DNA of 64,000 nucleotides from Oscillospiraceae bacterium (GCA_017848125.1 JAGAJY010000013.1:1555-65554); one strand, 5' to 3'; counted from the first letter of the stretch, positions 30,240 through 40,072 are shown. Notes: generated by a model not told the origin, from the sequence alone. Numbers and translations are program-made.

Positions 30240-31385
30240 ATGAAAATGAAAAATGTGTTCAGTATAGTTTTTGCGTTTTTTCTTATTATGCTGTCGGGTT
30301 TTAAAGCATATGCAGAAGAAATTGACCTGGGAGAGCTTGGGGAGGAATATGGTGTATCAGAGCTGGGCGATAGTCTTACCTATGACGCTTCGGATTTTCT
30401 GGAGGAATACGGCATATCTCCCGATGACCCTAATGGTATCACACAGCTGTCACCCTCCGATGTGCTGTCATACCTATGGAAAAAGCTTTGCAGCAGTGCC
30501 GCCGCTCCCGTCAGGCTTTTGGGAATGATTTTGTCTATCATTATTCTGGGGGCGGCGGCAGGAGTATATCAGGAGGGTATGGGAGGAAACGGCGCTTCGG
30601 GGCTTTATCGCTCGGTAGTGGTTATGGCGGCAGTGATAATTTCTGTTCCGACTATAAGCGGCTGTATAGAAAACACCGCCGCAACTCTTGAAAAAGGCAG
30701 CGACTTTATGCTGTGCTACGTTCCCGTATTTGCAGGAATTGCGGCGGCGGCAGGAAATGCTGCTTCATCTCTGAGCTATAACGGAATAGTTCTGCTTATT
30801 GCCGAGGGAGCGGCACAGATCTCGGGGAGAGTGCTTATCCCTGTATTGTCGGTATGCCTTGCAATGAACATAATAGAAGCGGTTGAGCCGACATTGGGCT
30901 TATCCTCTGTTACAGCACTTCTGAAAAAGGGGCTTTCTCTTGTCCTCGGCTTCGGAATGACACTGTTCACGGGAATGCTGTCAATACAGTCCATAGTGGG
31001 CGCATCTGCCGATACTCTTGGAGTAAAGGCGGCAAAGTTTGTTGTTTCAAACTTTGTTCCCGTTGTGGGAAGTGCTGTGGCGGACGCTTACACTACTATG
31101 CGTTCGGGGCTGGGTCTTCTCAGAGGTGCGGCAGGCGCATTCGGCATCATTGCCCTTTGTGTTACCATTTTGCCGCCGATACTTGAAATGACCTGCCTTT
31201 ATCTGACAATGACCGCAGGAGAGGCGGCAGCTGAAATGTTCGGTATAAAGCCGCTGGGAGCATTTTTCAAGGGAACTGCATCTGTGCTTTCCATAGGGCT
31301 TGCGGTGGCAGTATGCTTCGGCGTGATGTTCGTTATTGCAACGGTGATACTTATGGCGGCAGGGCTTGGCTCGGGAAATGTGTAA
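30240..31385 (+). CDS. spoIIIAE: Stage III sporulation protein AE
   Basis: 381-aa ORF with a signal peptide and a multi-TM permease-like body. Called from its operon position. Confidence 0.85.
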   Translation: MKMKNVFSIVFAFFLIMLSGFKAYAEEIDLGELGEEYGVSELGDSLTYDASDFLEEYGISPDDPNGITQLSPSDVLSYLWKKLCSSAAAPVRLLGMILSIIILGAAAGVYQEGMGGNGASGLYRSVVVMAAVIISVPTISGCIENTAATLEKGSDFMLCYVPVFAGIAAAAGNAASSLSYNGIVLLIAEGAAQISGRVLIPVLSVCLAMNIIEAVEPTLGLSSVTALLKKGLSLVLGFGMTLFTGMLSIQSIVGASADTLGVKAAKFVVSNFVPVVGSAVADAYTTMRSGLGLLRGAAGAFGIIALCVTILPPILEMTCLYLTMTAGEAAAEMFGIKPLGAFFKGTASVLSIGLAVAVCFGVMFVIATVILMAAGLGSGNV

Positions 31386-31399
31386 AAGGAGGGAGAAGA

Positions 31400-31870
31400 T
31401 TGGATACTCTGTGTTCTGCGGCGGCAAGCGCCTGTATATTGGGGATAATATTTGCTGTTTCGGAAAATATGCTCCCTTCCGAGAAATTTGCTAAGCAGAT
31501 GAAGATGATTTTTTCGCTGATTCTCATTGCAGTCATAACCGCTCCCTTTACTGAGGGAGAAATAAGCCTTGATTCCTTTGAGATGCCCGATATTACAGAT
31601 AATGACAGCACATTCATATATAACAGCAGCTTTAACAGCCTTGTCAGCGATAATATCAGCGATAATCTGGGAAAGGAGCTTTCTGAAATGGGTATTTTTC
31701 CCGTAAAAATATCCGTTGATATAAATAATTCACAGGATAACAGCATATCTATTATAGGGGCTGAAATAATTATCAGCAGCGGTAATACAAGGGAAACAGC
31801 GGAAGCGGCGGCAGAGATACTCGGGATAGACAGGTCGCTTATTTCGGTAAAAACGGAGGGAACGTCTTAA
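31400..31870 (+). CDS. spoIIIAF: Stage III sporulation protein AF
   Basis: In-frame TTG start at 31400, 7 nt after AAGGAGGGAG. The longer ATG-initiated ORF from 31313 would overlap spoIIIAE by 73 nt. The N-terminus is a TM helix. Confidence 0.75.
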   Translation: MDTLCSAAASACILGIIFAVSENMLPSEKFAKQMKMIFSLILIAVITAPFTEGEISLDSFEMPDITDNDSTFIYNSSFNSLVSDNISDNLGKELSEMGIFPVKISVDINNSQDNSISIIGAEIIISSGNTRETAEAAAEILGIDRSLISVKTEGTS

Positions 31871-32392
31871 ATGAACAGATTTGACCGAATCAGGGAAATA
31901 TACGGCAGTCTTGACCGCCGTCAGCGTATAGCGGCATTGACCGTTCTGCTGGGCATTTCGGGACTGACTATGATAATACTCGGCGGAGGTAATGAGAATG
32001 AACAGACAGAAGAAATACCGCAGTACAGCAGTGAGGAAAATGTATGGACAGACTATTGCGGCGAGACGGAAAGACGGCTTGAAGGTATCCTTGCCGCCAT
32101 AGACGGTGTGGGTGATGTTGATGTAATGATAACAGTCAGCTCATCAGAGGAATACATATACGCTCAGGCTGAAAATACGGACGAAAGCAGCAAAAAGCTT
32201 GAATACGTTACAGTCAGAACGGACAGCGGAGAGGAGGCGCTTCTGAAAAAAGTAAATTCGCCTGTTATAACAGGCGTCGCAGTAGTATGCGAGGGCGGCA
32301 GGGGAGATAAGGTAAGAGAAGAGATCTACCGTACAGTCACTGCTGTTCTCGGAATATCGCCGGGCAGGATATATGTTGCCCCAATGGAATAA
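31871..32392 (+). CDS. spoIIIAG: Stage III sporulation protein AG
   Basis: 173-aa ORF with an N-terminal TM helix. The C-terminal ring-building-like domain ends in VAVVCEGG...AVLGISPGRIYV, as in SpoIIIAG. Confidence 0.85.
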   Translation: MNRFDRIREIYGSLDRRQRIAALTVLLGISGLTMIILGGGNENEQTEEIPQYSSEENVWTDYCGETERRLEGILAAIDGVGDVDVMITVSSSEEYIYAQAENTDESSKKLEYVTVRTDSGEEALLKKVNSPVITGVAVVCEGGRGDKVREEIYRTVTAVLGISPGRIYVAPME

Positions 32393-32418
32393 TTACAGGA
32401 AAACGGAGGAAATATTTT

Positions 32419-33003
32419 ATGCGTAAGCCAAATCTTATTATCGGAAAAAAGCAGATAATCCTTGCAGGTCTTAGCCTTGTGCTGGGAATCGCAGTATATA
32501 TGAATTATGTATTTGCAGAGGTCGGAGAGGAGATCGCCGTAAATGCAGAGGTAAGACAGACCGCAGAAAGTGAAAAGGTAAATTACGGTGACGCTGCTTT
32601 TGTGAATTCGGAAAACGGCGAGGAGGCGCAGGAGGTATCTGTTGACGCTGATCCCTCAGATTATTTCGCTCAGGCAAGGTTGTCGAGAATGACTTCAAGA
32701 GACGATGCTGTGCAGACTCTTTCCGCAATTCTTAACGGCGGAGACCTTACCGAGGAGGAAAATGCTGCTTATACTATGGAAGCAGTCAGCCTTTCACAGC
32801 TTTCCGAAAGCGAGAGCAAGATAGAATCTCTCATTAAAGCACAGGGCTTTGAAGAGTGTGTGGTTTATCTTGACGGCGAAACAGCAAGCATAGTTGTTCG
32901 CTCAGAGGGGCTTGCAGCAGATCAGGCAGCACAGATTAAGGATATTTTGTTAACAGAAGTGACAATTCCTTCGGAAAATATCAGAATTTTTGAGGTTAAG
33001 TAG
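32419..33003 (+). CDS. spoIIIAH: Stage III sporulation protein AH
   Basis: 194-aa ORF with an N-terminal TM helix and an acidic linker. The C-terminal YscJ/FliF-like fold pattern reads EAVSLSQLSESESKIESLIKAQGFEECVVYLDGETASIVV. Confidence 0.85.
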   Translation: MRKPNLIIGKKQIILAGLSLVLGIAVYMNYVFAEVGEEIAVNAEVRQTAESEKVNYGDAAFVNSENGEEAQEVSVDADPSDYFAQARLSRMTSRDDAVQTLSAILNGGDLTEEENAAYTMEAVSLSQLSESESKIESLIKAQGFEECVVYLDGETASIVVRSEGLAADQAAQIKDILLTEVTIPSENIRIFEVK

Positions 33004-33032
33004 TTGTGTATTTCCCAAAGATGTGATATAAT
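33004..33032 (+). promoter_or_regulatory. Sigma-A promoter upstream of nusB (TTGTGT-17-TGaTATAAT)
   Basis: TTGTGT at 33004-33009, a 17-nt spacer ending in TGA, and TATAAT at 33027-33032. It is followed by a structured leader of about 150 nt. Confidence 0.55.
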
Positions 33033-33186
33033 AGAATAAATGAGTATATTTGCCGCTTTCGCACAGTAAAGCGAGCGGCATACCCACGCCTGTGGAATAC
33101 TGAAAAAAATCAGTATTCTTACAGGCTTTAAGGGGTTATATATCATATTTGTTGTATCAGATTCATCAAGGGAAAGGATTATTTAT

Positions 33187-33624
33187 ATGGGAAAAGCATT
33201 AAAGAAAAGTCATATCAGAGAAGCGGCATTTCTTCTTATTTTCGAGAAGATGTTCAGAGATGATTCCTGCGAGGAGATCATAGAATCCGCAAAGGAAGCG
33301 GACGAATACGAGTTCGATGACGAGGTTTGCCGCATTTTCAAGGCTGTTGCGGAAAAGTCTGAGGAGCTTGACGGCATAATTTCCGAATACAGCGAAAAAA
33401 GAAAGGTCGGAAGGATCGGAAAGGTAAGCCTTGCGATTCTCAGACTTGCTGTATATGAGGCTATGTACGAGGAATGCGTTCCCTGCAATGTTGCCATAAG
33501 TGAAGCGGTATCTCTTGCGGAGAAGTATGCATTCCCCAATGACAAGCAGTTTATAAACGGTATTCTCGGCTCGTTCTCCAGAAGCGGCAGAGTGCCCGAA
33601 AAGCAGGCGGAGGAAAATAAGTAA
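33187..33624 (+). CDS. nusB: Transcription antitermination factor NusB
   Basis: 145-aa ORF with REAAFLLIF and ILRLAVYEAMY helices and a C-terminal FINGILGSFSR, all typical of NusB. Confidence 0.9.
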   Translation: MGKALKKSHIREAAFLLIFEKMFRDDSCEEIIESAKEADEYEFDDEVCRIFKAVAEKSEELDGIISEYSEKRKVGRIGKVSLAILRLAVYEAMYEECVPCNVAISEAVSLAEKYAFPNDKQFINGILGSFSRSGRVPEKQAEENK

Positions 33625-34574
33625 TGCCGCTGTTTACAGGGCTTGATACCAGTAATTATACTACATCTGCGGCGCTTTATGACAGCGAAAGCGGAAAAAT
33701 GTATTCGGCACGCAGGCTTCTTCCCGTAAAAAGCGGAGAAGCAGGCCTCAGGCAGAGCGACGCTGTTTTCCATCACACAAAGCAGCTTCCCGAGATGGTA
33801 GGTCAGCTTTTTGACGGTATGGACGGCTGTAAGATAACGGCTGTAGGTGTTTCTGCTCGTCCGAGGAATATCGAAGGCTCATATATGCCTTGTTTCCTGT
33901 GCGGTGAGGGACTTGCAGACAGCATTGGCTCTATAAATTCTGTACCCGTTTACAAGACCTCACATCAGATAGGCCATATCCTTGCGGCGCTTTTTTCTGC
34001 AGACAGGCTTGATATGATACATTCGCCGTTTATAGCATTTCACGTCAGCGGAGGGACTACAGACTGTCTTTACTGTGAGCCTGACGAAAAAGAGCTTATC
34101 AAAGTCACCGAGATATGCACATCCCTTGACCTGAAAGCAGGTCAGCTTATTGACCGCACAGGACTTATGCTGGGACTTGATTTTCCCTGCGGCAGAGAGC
34201 TGGAGCTTCTTTCGGAAAAAGCAGACAAAAGCATTAAAGCAAGGGCAGTAATGAAGAACGGCAGCTGCTGTCTGTCGGGATTTGAAAATAAGGCTCGTGC
34301 TATGCTTGACGAGGGCATATCCCGTGAAAATACGGCAAGATATATTCTGAATGCTGTGTTTTCAACAGTTTATGAAATGACTAAGCACGCATTGGAAAAA
34401 TACGGCAGTCTGCCTGTGATATATGCAGGGGGAGTTATGTCTGACGGATATATCAGAGAGCTTCTGGCAGGCAGACTTGAGAATATATTTTTTTCAGCTC
34501 CCGAATATTCCTGTGACAATGCCGCAGGAACGGCAGTCTATGCAAAACTTATGTATGAAAGGCAAGAAAAATGA
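33624..34574 (+). CDS. TsaD/Kae1-like (peptidase M22 / ASKHA fold) protein of unknown function
   Basis: 316-aa ORF with GLDTSNYTTS (phosphate-1), SHQIGH (an HxxxH metal motif), HVSGGTT and YAGGVMSD motifs that parallel TsaD. The start overlaps the nusB stop (TAATG) and the stop overlaps the xseA start (ATGA). Confidence 0.7.
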   Translation: MPLFTGLDTSNYTTSAALYDSESGKMYSARRLLPVKSGEAGLRQSDAVFHHTKQLPEMVGQLFDGMDGCKITAVGVSARPRNIEGSYMPCFLCGEGLADSIGSINSVPVYKTSHQIGHILAALFSADRLDMIHSPFIAFHVSGGTTDCLYCEPDEKELIKVTEICTSLDLKAGQLIDRTGLMLGLDFPCGRELELLSEKADKSIKARAVMKNGSCCLSGFENKARAMLDEGISRENTARYILNAVFSTVYEMTKHALEKYGSLPVIYAGGVMSDGYIRELLAGRLENIFFSAPEYSCDNAAGTAVYAKLMYERQEK

Positions 34575-35755
34575 GCAGTATTCTGACTGTATCACAGCTT
34601 AACAGATATATGTCCTTCAAGATCAAAGAGGACGCAAAGCTGAGAGGGCTTCTTGTAAAGGGAGAAATATCAGGCTTTACCAATCACGCACGGACAGGGC
34701 ATTTTTATTTCACTTTAAAAGACGGCACATCGGCAGTAAAGGCGGTTATGTTCAGCACATACGCTTCCTCGGTAAAATTTATGCCCTCAAACGGAATGAA
34801 CGTTATTGTAATGGGCAGCCTGCAGGTTTTCGAACGTGACGGTGTTTATCAGCTGTATGTTACGGATATTCAGCCTGACGGTCTTGGAGCGCAGTATCTT
34901 GCTTTTGAGCAGCTTAAAGAAAAGCTTGCCGCTGAGGGAATGTTTGACAGTATTTACAAAAAGCCCATACCGCAATTTCCCGAAAGAGTGGGTATAGTTA
35001 CCGCAAAGGGCGGTGCTGCCCTTCGTGATATTCTCAATATTCTCGAAAGACGCTATCCTGTCTGTGAGGCGGTTATATTTCCCTGCGTAGTTCAGGGGGA
35101 TTATGCGGTTGATTCGGTATGCGAGGCGCTGAGCTTTGCGGACGAAAGCGGCTGTGATATAATAATCTGCGGCAGAGGCGGCGGTTCTGCCGAGGACCTT
35201 GCGGCATTTAACAGCGAAAAAATCGCAAGGACTGTATTTTCAATGAATACGCCTGTTATATCCGCTGTAGGTCACGAAACGGATACAACTCTCATTGACT
35301 ATGTTTCCGACCTTCGTGCGCCCACACCATCTGCGGCGGCAGAGCTTGCCGTTCCTGAGATGTCAGCCCTTGCGGATACTGTTCAGTCATATGAAAAAGA
35401 GCTTCGCAATGCTTATGAAATGTCAGTTTCACGGAAAAAACATATGCTGTTGAAGCTAAGCTCTGAACTGAAAAACTATGCACCCGAAACAGCAGTTTCC
35501 GCTTACAAGGAAAAAGTAATTTCCGAGGAAAAAAGGCTTGCTGATACTATAAGCCTTTATTTTGAAAGAAAGCGCAATGAAATAGCTTCGGGAGCGGCTA
35601 TGCTTGACCAGCTGAGTCCGCTGAAAATTATGTCAAGGGGCTACAGCCTTGTTTATAAAGAAAATTCTCTTGTCAAGTCCGCTTCATCGCTTGCGGAGGG
35701 CGACAGGATAACCATAAAATTCGCAGACAGCGAAACAGAAGCTGTTATCGGCTGA
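34571..35755 (+). CDS. xseA: Exodeoxyribonuclease VII large subunit
   Basis: 394-aa ORF. The N-terminal OB fold reads ILTVSQLNRYMSFKIKED...GEISGF. The catalytic core has GRGGGSAEDL and a coiled-coil tail. Confidence 0.9.
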   Translation: MSSILTVSQLNRYMSFKIKEDAKLRGLLVKGEISGFTNHARTGHFYFTLKDGTSAVKAVMFSTYASSVKFMPSNGMNVIVMGSLQVFERDGVYQLYVTDIQPDGLGAQYLAFEQLKEKLAAEGMFDSIYKKPIPQFPERVGIVTAKGGAALRDILNILERRYPVCEAVIFPCVVQGDYAVDSVCEALSFADESGCDIIICGRGGGSAEDLAAFNSEKIARTVFSMNTPVISAVGHETDTTLIDYVSDLRAPTPSAAAELAVPEMSALADTVQSYEKELRNAYEMSVSRKKHMLLKLSSELKNYAPETAVSAYKEKVISEEKRLADTISLYFERKRNEIASGAAMLDQLSPLKIMSRGYSLVYKENSLVKSASSLAEGDRITIKFADSETEAVIG

Positions 35756-35791
35756 TTATTCGGGGGATACTCGGGAAAGGACGTTCAAAAA

Positions 35792-35977
35792 ATGAGCTTT
35801 GAAAAATCTGTAAAAAGGGTAGATGAGATAATAGAAAAGCTTTCTTCGGGAGATGTTCCTCTTGAAGAAGCTATTGAGCTTTACAAAAGCGGTGCTGATG
35901 AGCTTGCAAAATGCCGCAGGCTTCTTGAAGATGCGGAAAAAGCTGTAATGACGGTAAAGAGTGCGGAGGAGCTGTGA
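35792..35977 (+). CDS. xseB: Exodeoxyribonuclease VII small subunit
   Basis: 61-aa helical protein (SFEKSVKRVDEIIEKLSSGDVPLEEAIELYKSG). It follows xseA. Confidence 0.9.
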   Translation: MSFEKSVKRVDEIIEKLSSGDVPLEEAIELYKSGADELAKCRRLLEDAEKAVMTVKSAEEL

Positions 35978-36852
35978 TGATAAAGGAACTTGAAAAACGC
36001 TCTGCACAGATAACAAGTCATCTTGAAAAGCTGATGAGCGTTTATGACGATAAAGCCCCTCAGTCTGTGTGTGCTGAGGCTATGCGATATTCTCTGTCAG
36101 CAGGAGGAAAAAGAATACGCCCTGTGCTTGTAACGGAGTTTTCGAGGATATTCGGAGGTACTGCCGAAAAGGCTCTCAGCTGTGCCTGCGCCCTTGAAAT
36201 GATACACACCTTTTCACTTATTCACGACGACCTTCCATGTATGGACAATGATGATTTCCGCAGAGGAAAGCCTTCCTGTCACAAGCAGTTCGGCGAGGAT
36301 ATTGCACTTCTTGCAGGTGACGCTTTGCAGAATTATGCATTTGATGTTATTTCCTCTGATGACGACCTCTCCTTTGAACAGCGTGTCAGGCTGATAAAAT
36401 GCCTTTCAGACGCTGTAGGCGTTAACGGAATGATAGGCGGTCAGACCATTGATGTGAAAAATGTGGGCAAGCCCTTTGATTCAGAGCTTTTACTGAAAAT
36501 GTATTCAATGAAAACAGGGGCTCTCATAAGATGTGCCTGCGAAATGGGCTGTATATGTGCAGAACGTTATGATATGATACCGTCATCTGACGAATATGCC
36601 TGTGCTCTTGGGCTTGCTTTTCAGATAATTGATGATATACTTGATATTACCGCTGATGAAAAGCTGCTTGGCAAGCCTGTCAACAGTGACTCGGATATGA
36701 ATAAAGCGACCTATCCCGCAATATTCGGAATCGAAGCTGCAAAGGCAAAAGCGGCAGAGCTTACTGACAAGGCTCTGGAAATCGTATCGGGATACCCTGA
36801 CAGCGGATTCTTGTCAGAGCTTACAAAATATCTTCTTAACAGGGAATATTAA
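35974..36852 (+). CDS. ispA: Polyprenyl (farnesyl/geranylgeranyl) diphosphate synthase
   Basis: 292-aa ORF. The first Asp-rich motif is LIHDDLPCMDNDDFRRG and the second is IIDDILD. Confidence 0.88.
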   Translation: MMIKELEKRSAQITSHLEKLMSVYDDKAPQSVCAEAMRYSLSAGGKRIRPVLVTEFSRIFGGTAEKALSCACALEMIHTFSLIHDDLPCMDNDDFRRGKPSCHKQFGEDIALLAGDALQNYAFDVISSDDDLSFEQRVRLIKCLSDAVGVNGMIGGQTIDVKNVGKPFDSELLLKMYSMKTGALIRCACEMGCICAERYDMIPSSDEYACALGLAFQIIDDILDITADEKLLGKPVNSDSDMNKATYPAIFGIEAAKAKAAELTDKALEIVSGYPDSGFLSELTKYLLNREY

Positions 36853-36874
36853 AAGAAAGAGGCTGTTTAAAACT

Positions 36875-37354
36875 ATGCAGTATTATAATTACATTCTTGT
36901 CACCTCTGTTCTTGGCTGGTGTATAGCGCAGCTTTTAAAAACGATAATCAATTTCATAAAATACAAAAAATTCAGCGTTGAAAGGCTTTTTGGTGCAGGG
37001 GGGTGGCCCAGTGCACATTCGGCAATGGTATGCTCGGCGGCGGCAGCAGTATATCGTGTTGAAGGTGTTTCCTCTACAGAATTTGCTATAATGTCCATAG
37101 TTGCGCTTATAACAATGTATGACGCAATGGGCGTAAGAAGAGCGGCAGGTCAGCACGCAAAGGCTATAAACAGAATAAACAGGCTTCTTGCAGACAAGCC
37201 CGCTCCTTCGGGAAAGCCTCTTGAGGATATAGCCCAGGCGGCTAACAAGAGCATAGCTGTAATGAAGGAATATCTTGGTCATACCCCTTTTGAGGTAGTC
37301 AGCGGTGCATTTCTGGGCATTATTCTTGCCTTTTTAATGCCCGTAAAGCTGTAA
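36875..37354 (+). CDS. Divergent PAP2 family membrane protein (DUF212, acid phosphatase/haloperoxidase-related)
   Basis: 159-aa ORF with four TM helices. Contains the GGWPSAHSAMV and YDAMGVRRAAGQHA motifs characteristic of this family. Confidence 0.75.
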   Translation: MQYYNYILVTSVLGWCIAQLLKTIINFIKYKKFSVERLFGAGGWPSAHSAMVCSAAAAVYRVEGVSSTEFAIMSIVALITMYDAMGVRRAAGQHAKAINRINRLLADKPAPSGKPLEDIAQAANKSIAVMKEYLGHTPFEVVSGAFLGIILAFLMPVKL

Positions 37355-37375
37355 ACAGCATTGGAGAAGGATAAA

Positions 37376-39256
37376 ATGAAGGATAATAAAACAGTCAGAC
37401 TGAAAGAGCTTTCATTGCCCTATGACCTGAAAAAGCTTTCTCACAGTCAATGCATAAGCCTTTGCAGAGAGATACGCAGTATTCTTATTGAAACGGTTGC
37501 GGAAAACGGCGGTCATCTTGCTTCTAATCTGGGAACAGTTGAGCTTACTATGGCAATTCACCGTGTTTTCAGCTCACCCTTTGACAAGATCGTCTGGGAC
37601 GTTGGTCATCAGGCTTATACTCATAAGCTTCTGACAGGGCGATACAGCGAATTTTCAACTCTCAGGACAGAGGGTGGTATTTCAGGCTTTGCAAAGCCCA
37701 CTGAATCAGAGCACGACATATTCATAAGCGGACACAGCAGCAATTCTATATCAGCTGCCTGCGGAATAGCAAGGGCAATGCGTCTGCAAGGGGACAGCCA
37801 CAATGTAATAGCGGTAATAGGCGACGGCGCATTTACAGGCGGAATGGTCTATGAAGGGCTTAACAATGCAGGAAAATCCGACGATAACCTTATAGTTATA
37901 CTCAATGACAATGAGATGTCGATCTCAAAAAATGTGGGAGCGCTGGCAAAATATCTGTCCGCTCTGCGTGGAAGAAAGGCATATGTTGAGGCAAAAAAGA
38001 GCGTTGAAAAGGCTCTTGACAATACTCCTATAGTCGGAAAGCCTGTCAAGGAGGCTGTTATGGCTTCCAAGGACGCTGTAAGATGGCTTCTTTACCGTTC
38101 AAGCGGTCAGCCGTCTGGAGCGACTATGTTTGAAAATCTTGGCTTTTTGTATCTTGGACCTGTTGACGGACACGACCTGAAAAGCTTAGAAGAAACTCTT
38201 TCTGCGGCAAAGGCGGCAAAAAAGCCTGTGCTTATACACGTCAGCACAGTAAAAGGCAAGGGCTATCGTCCTGCCGAAAAGAATCCAGGGGCATTTCACG
38301 GTCTTGCTCCTAAGGCAATGCAGATAGGCGACCCCGAATTTATAAGCAGCGACAGCTTTTCTGCGGTTTTTGGAAATGAGCTTGCAAAGCTGGGAAAATC
38401 CGACAAGCGTATCTGCGGCATTACGGCGGCTATGAAATACGGCACGGGGCTTAATAAATTTGCCGAGGTCTGCCCCGACAGATTTTTTGATGTGGGAATT
38501 GCCGAGCAGCACGCAGTTACATTTGCGGCAGGGCTTGCGGTAAGCGGAATGATACCTGTGTTTGCGGTATATTCAAGCTTTCTGCAAAGAGCCTACGACC
38601 AGATAATCCACGATGCAGCTATAAGCAGAACACATATCGTTCTCGGTATAGACAGGGCAGGTATTGTAGGGGAGGACGGCGAAACCCATCAGGGGCTTTT
38701 TGATGTGCCTATGCTTACGGGAATACCTAATATCACAATTTTTTCACCGTCTGATTATACAGAGCTTAGACTATGTATGAGAAAGGCGCTGTTTGACACA
38801 CCTTCTGTTGCGGCTGTGCGATACCCCAGAGGCTCTCAGGGCGGCAATGAGGGAATGATGAAGCTTGACCGTGATAATATGCTTTGCTATGAGGAGCACG
38901 GTGGGAAAACTCTTGCCATAGGCTACGGCAGAACAGGCTGTACTGTTGCCGAGGCTGTGAGAGAAGGAGATCATTCTGCTGATGTTTTAAAGCTTGTAAA
39001 GATATTTCCGCTTGAAAGAGCGGTAATTGACATCTGTATGAAATATGACAGGATAATTATTTTTGAAGAATCACTTAAAAGCGGAGGAATCGGCGAGCAT
39101 ATTGCGGCAATGCTTGCGGACAGCGGTTTTAAGGGCAGTGTGAGGATAAATGCGGTAAAGGGCTTTGTTAAGCAGGCGAAAACCGAAAGTGTTCTGAAGC
39201 GTTTCTGTCTTGATAAATCGGGGATCAGCCGAATTTTGTCCGAATACGCAGAATAA
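37376..39256 (+). CDS. dxs: 1-deoxy-D-xylulose-5-phosphate synthase
   Basis: The ATG at 37376 follows GGAGAAGG. Contains GGHLASNLGTVELT and GDGAFTGGMVYEGLNN (ThDP motif) and the DRAGIVGEDGETHQG motif. Confidence 0.93.
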   Translation: MKDNKTVRLKELSLPYDLKKLSHSQCISLCREIRSILIETVAENGGHLASNLGTVELTMAIHRVFSSPFDKIVWDVGHQAYTHKLLTGRYSEFSTLRTEGGISGFAKPTESEHDIFISGHSSNSISAACGIARAMRLQGDSHNVIAVIGDGAFTGGMVYEGLNNAGKSDDNLIVILNDNEMSISKNVGALAKYLSALRGRKAYVEAKKSVEKALDNTPIVGKPVKEAVMASKDAVRWLLYRSSGQPSGATMFENLGFLYLGPVDGHDLKSLEETLSAAKAAKKPVLIHVSTVKGKGYRPAEKNPGAFHGLAPKAMQIGDPEFISSDSFSAVFGNELAKLGKSDKRICGITAAMKYGTGLNKFAEVCPDRFFDVGIAEQHAVTFAAGLAVSGMIPVFAVYSSFLQRAYDQIIHDAAISRTHIVLGIDRAGIVGEDGETHQGLFDVPMLTGIPNITIFSPSDYTELRLCMRKALFDTPSVAAVRYPRGSQGGNEGMMKLDRDNMLCYEEHGGKTLAIGYGRTGCTVAEAVREGDHSADVLKLVKIFPLERAVIDICMKYDRIIIFEESLKSGGIGEHIAAMLADSGFKGSVRINAVKGFVKQAKTESVLKRFCLDKSGISRILSEYAE

Positions 39257-39268
39257 TTGGAGGAAGCT

Positions 39269-40072
39269 ATGCGGCTTGATGTATTTCTGTCAGAAAATGG
39301 ATATGTAAAAAGCCGTGAAACGGCGAAAAGAATGATAACAGAGGGCGGCATAACCCTAAACGGAAAGATCTGCACAAAGGCTTCCGCTGACATAAAGCCC
39401 GAGGATAGGATAGAGCTTTGCGCTCCTTTGCCTAAATATGTAGGCAGGGGAGGATTGAAGCTTGAAAAAGCCCTTGAAAGCTTTAAAATCTCCGTTAAAG
39501 GGCTTGTGTGCGTGGATATCGGCGCTTCTACAGGCGGTTTTACCGACTGTATGCTGCAAAACTCTGCCGAATATGTCTATGCTGTTGATGTTGGGCACGG
39601 TCAGCTTGATGAAAAGCTTTTAAGCGACCCTCGTGTGAAAAATATGGAGGGAGTAAATGTCAGAGATGTGACAGCCTCGGATTTTGACAGAAGAATAGAT
39701 TTCATTTCTGCTGATGTTTCATTTATTTCGCTTAAAAAGGTCATTCCCGTAATGTACGGTCTGCTTAAAGAGAACGGCAGAGCGGTAATGCTTGTAAAAC
39801 CCCAGTTTGAATGCGGAAAATCAGAGATAGGAAAAAACGGCATCGTTCGTTCGGAAAAGGTTCACAGGGCTGTTCTCAGCGATATAATGTCTTTCTGCCG
39901 GTCATCGGGCTTTAGTGTTATGGGAGCAGATTTTTCTCCCATACAGGGCGGCGACGGCAATATCGAGTATCTTCTGTATGTATCAAAGGACAGCGGTAAA
40001 GTTACTGTATTGCCCGATTGTGCAAAAGTTGTTTCTGAAGCTCATTCGTGCTTTAAGGCACAGAAAAAATAA
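39269..40072 (+). CDS. tlyA: TlyA-family rRNA 2'-O-methyltransferase (S4 domain + FtsJ-like methyltransferase)
   Basis: Contains the S4 domain MRLDVFLSENGYVKSRETAKRMI and the SAM motif VDIGASTGGFTD. The ATG at 39269 follows GGAGGA. Confidence 0.88.
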   Translation: MRLDVFLSENGYVKSRETAKRMITEGGITLNGKICTKASADIKPEDRIELCAPLPKYVGRGGLKLEKALESFKISVKGLVCVDIGASTGGFTDCMLQNSAEYVYAVDVGHGQLDEKLLSDPRVKNMEGVNVRDVTASDFDRRIDFISADVSFISLKKVIPVMYGLLKENGRAVMLVKPQFECGKSEIGKNGIVRSEKVHRAVLSDIMSFCRSSGFSVMGADFSPIQGGDGNIEYLLYVSKDSGKVTVLPDCAKVVSEAHSCFKAQKK

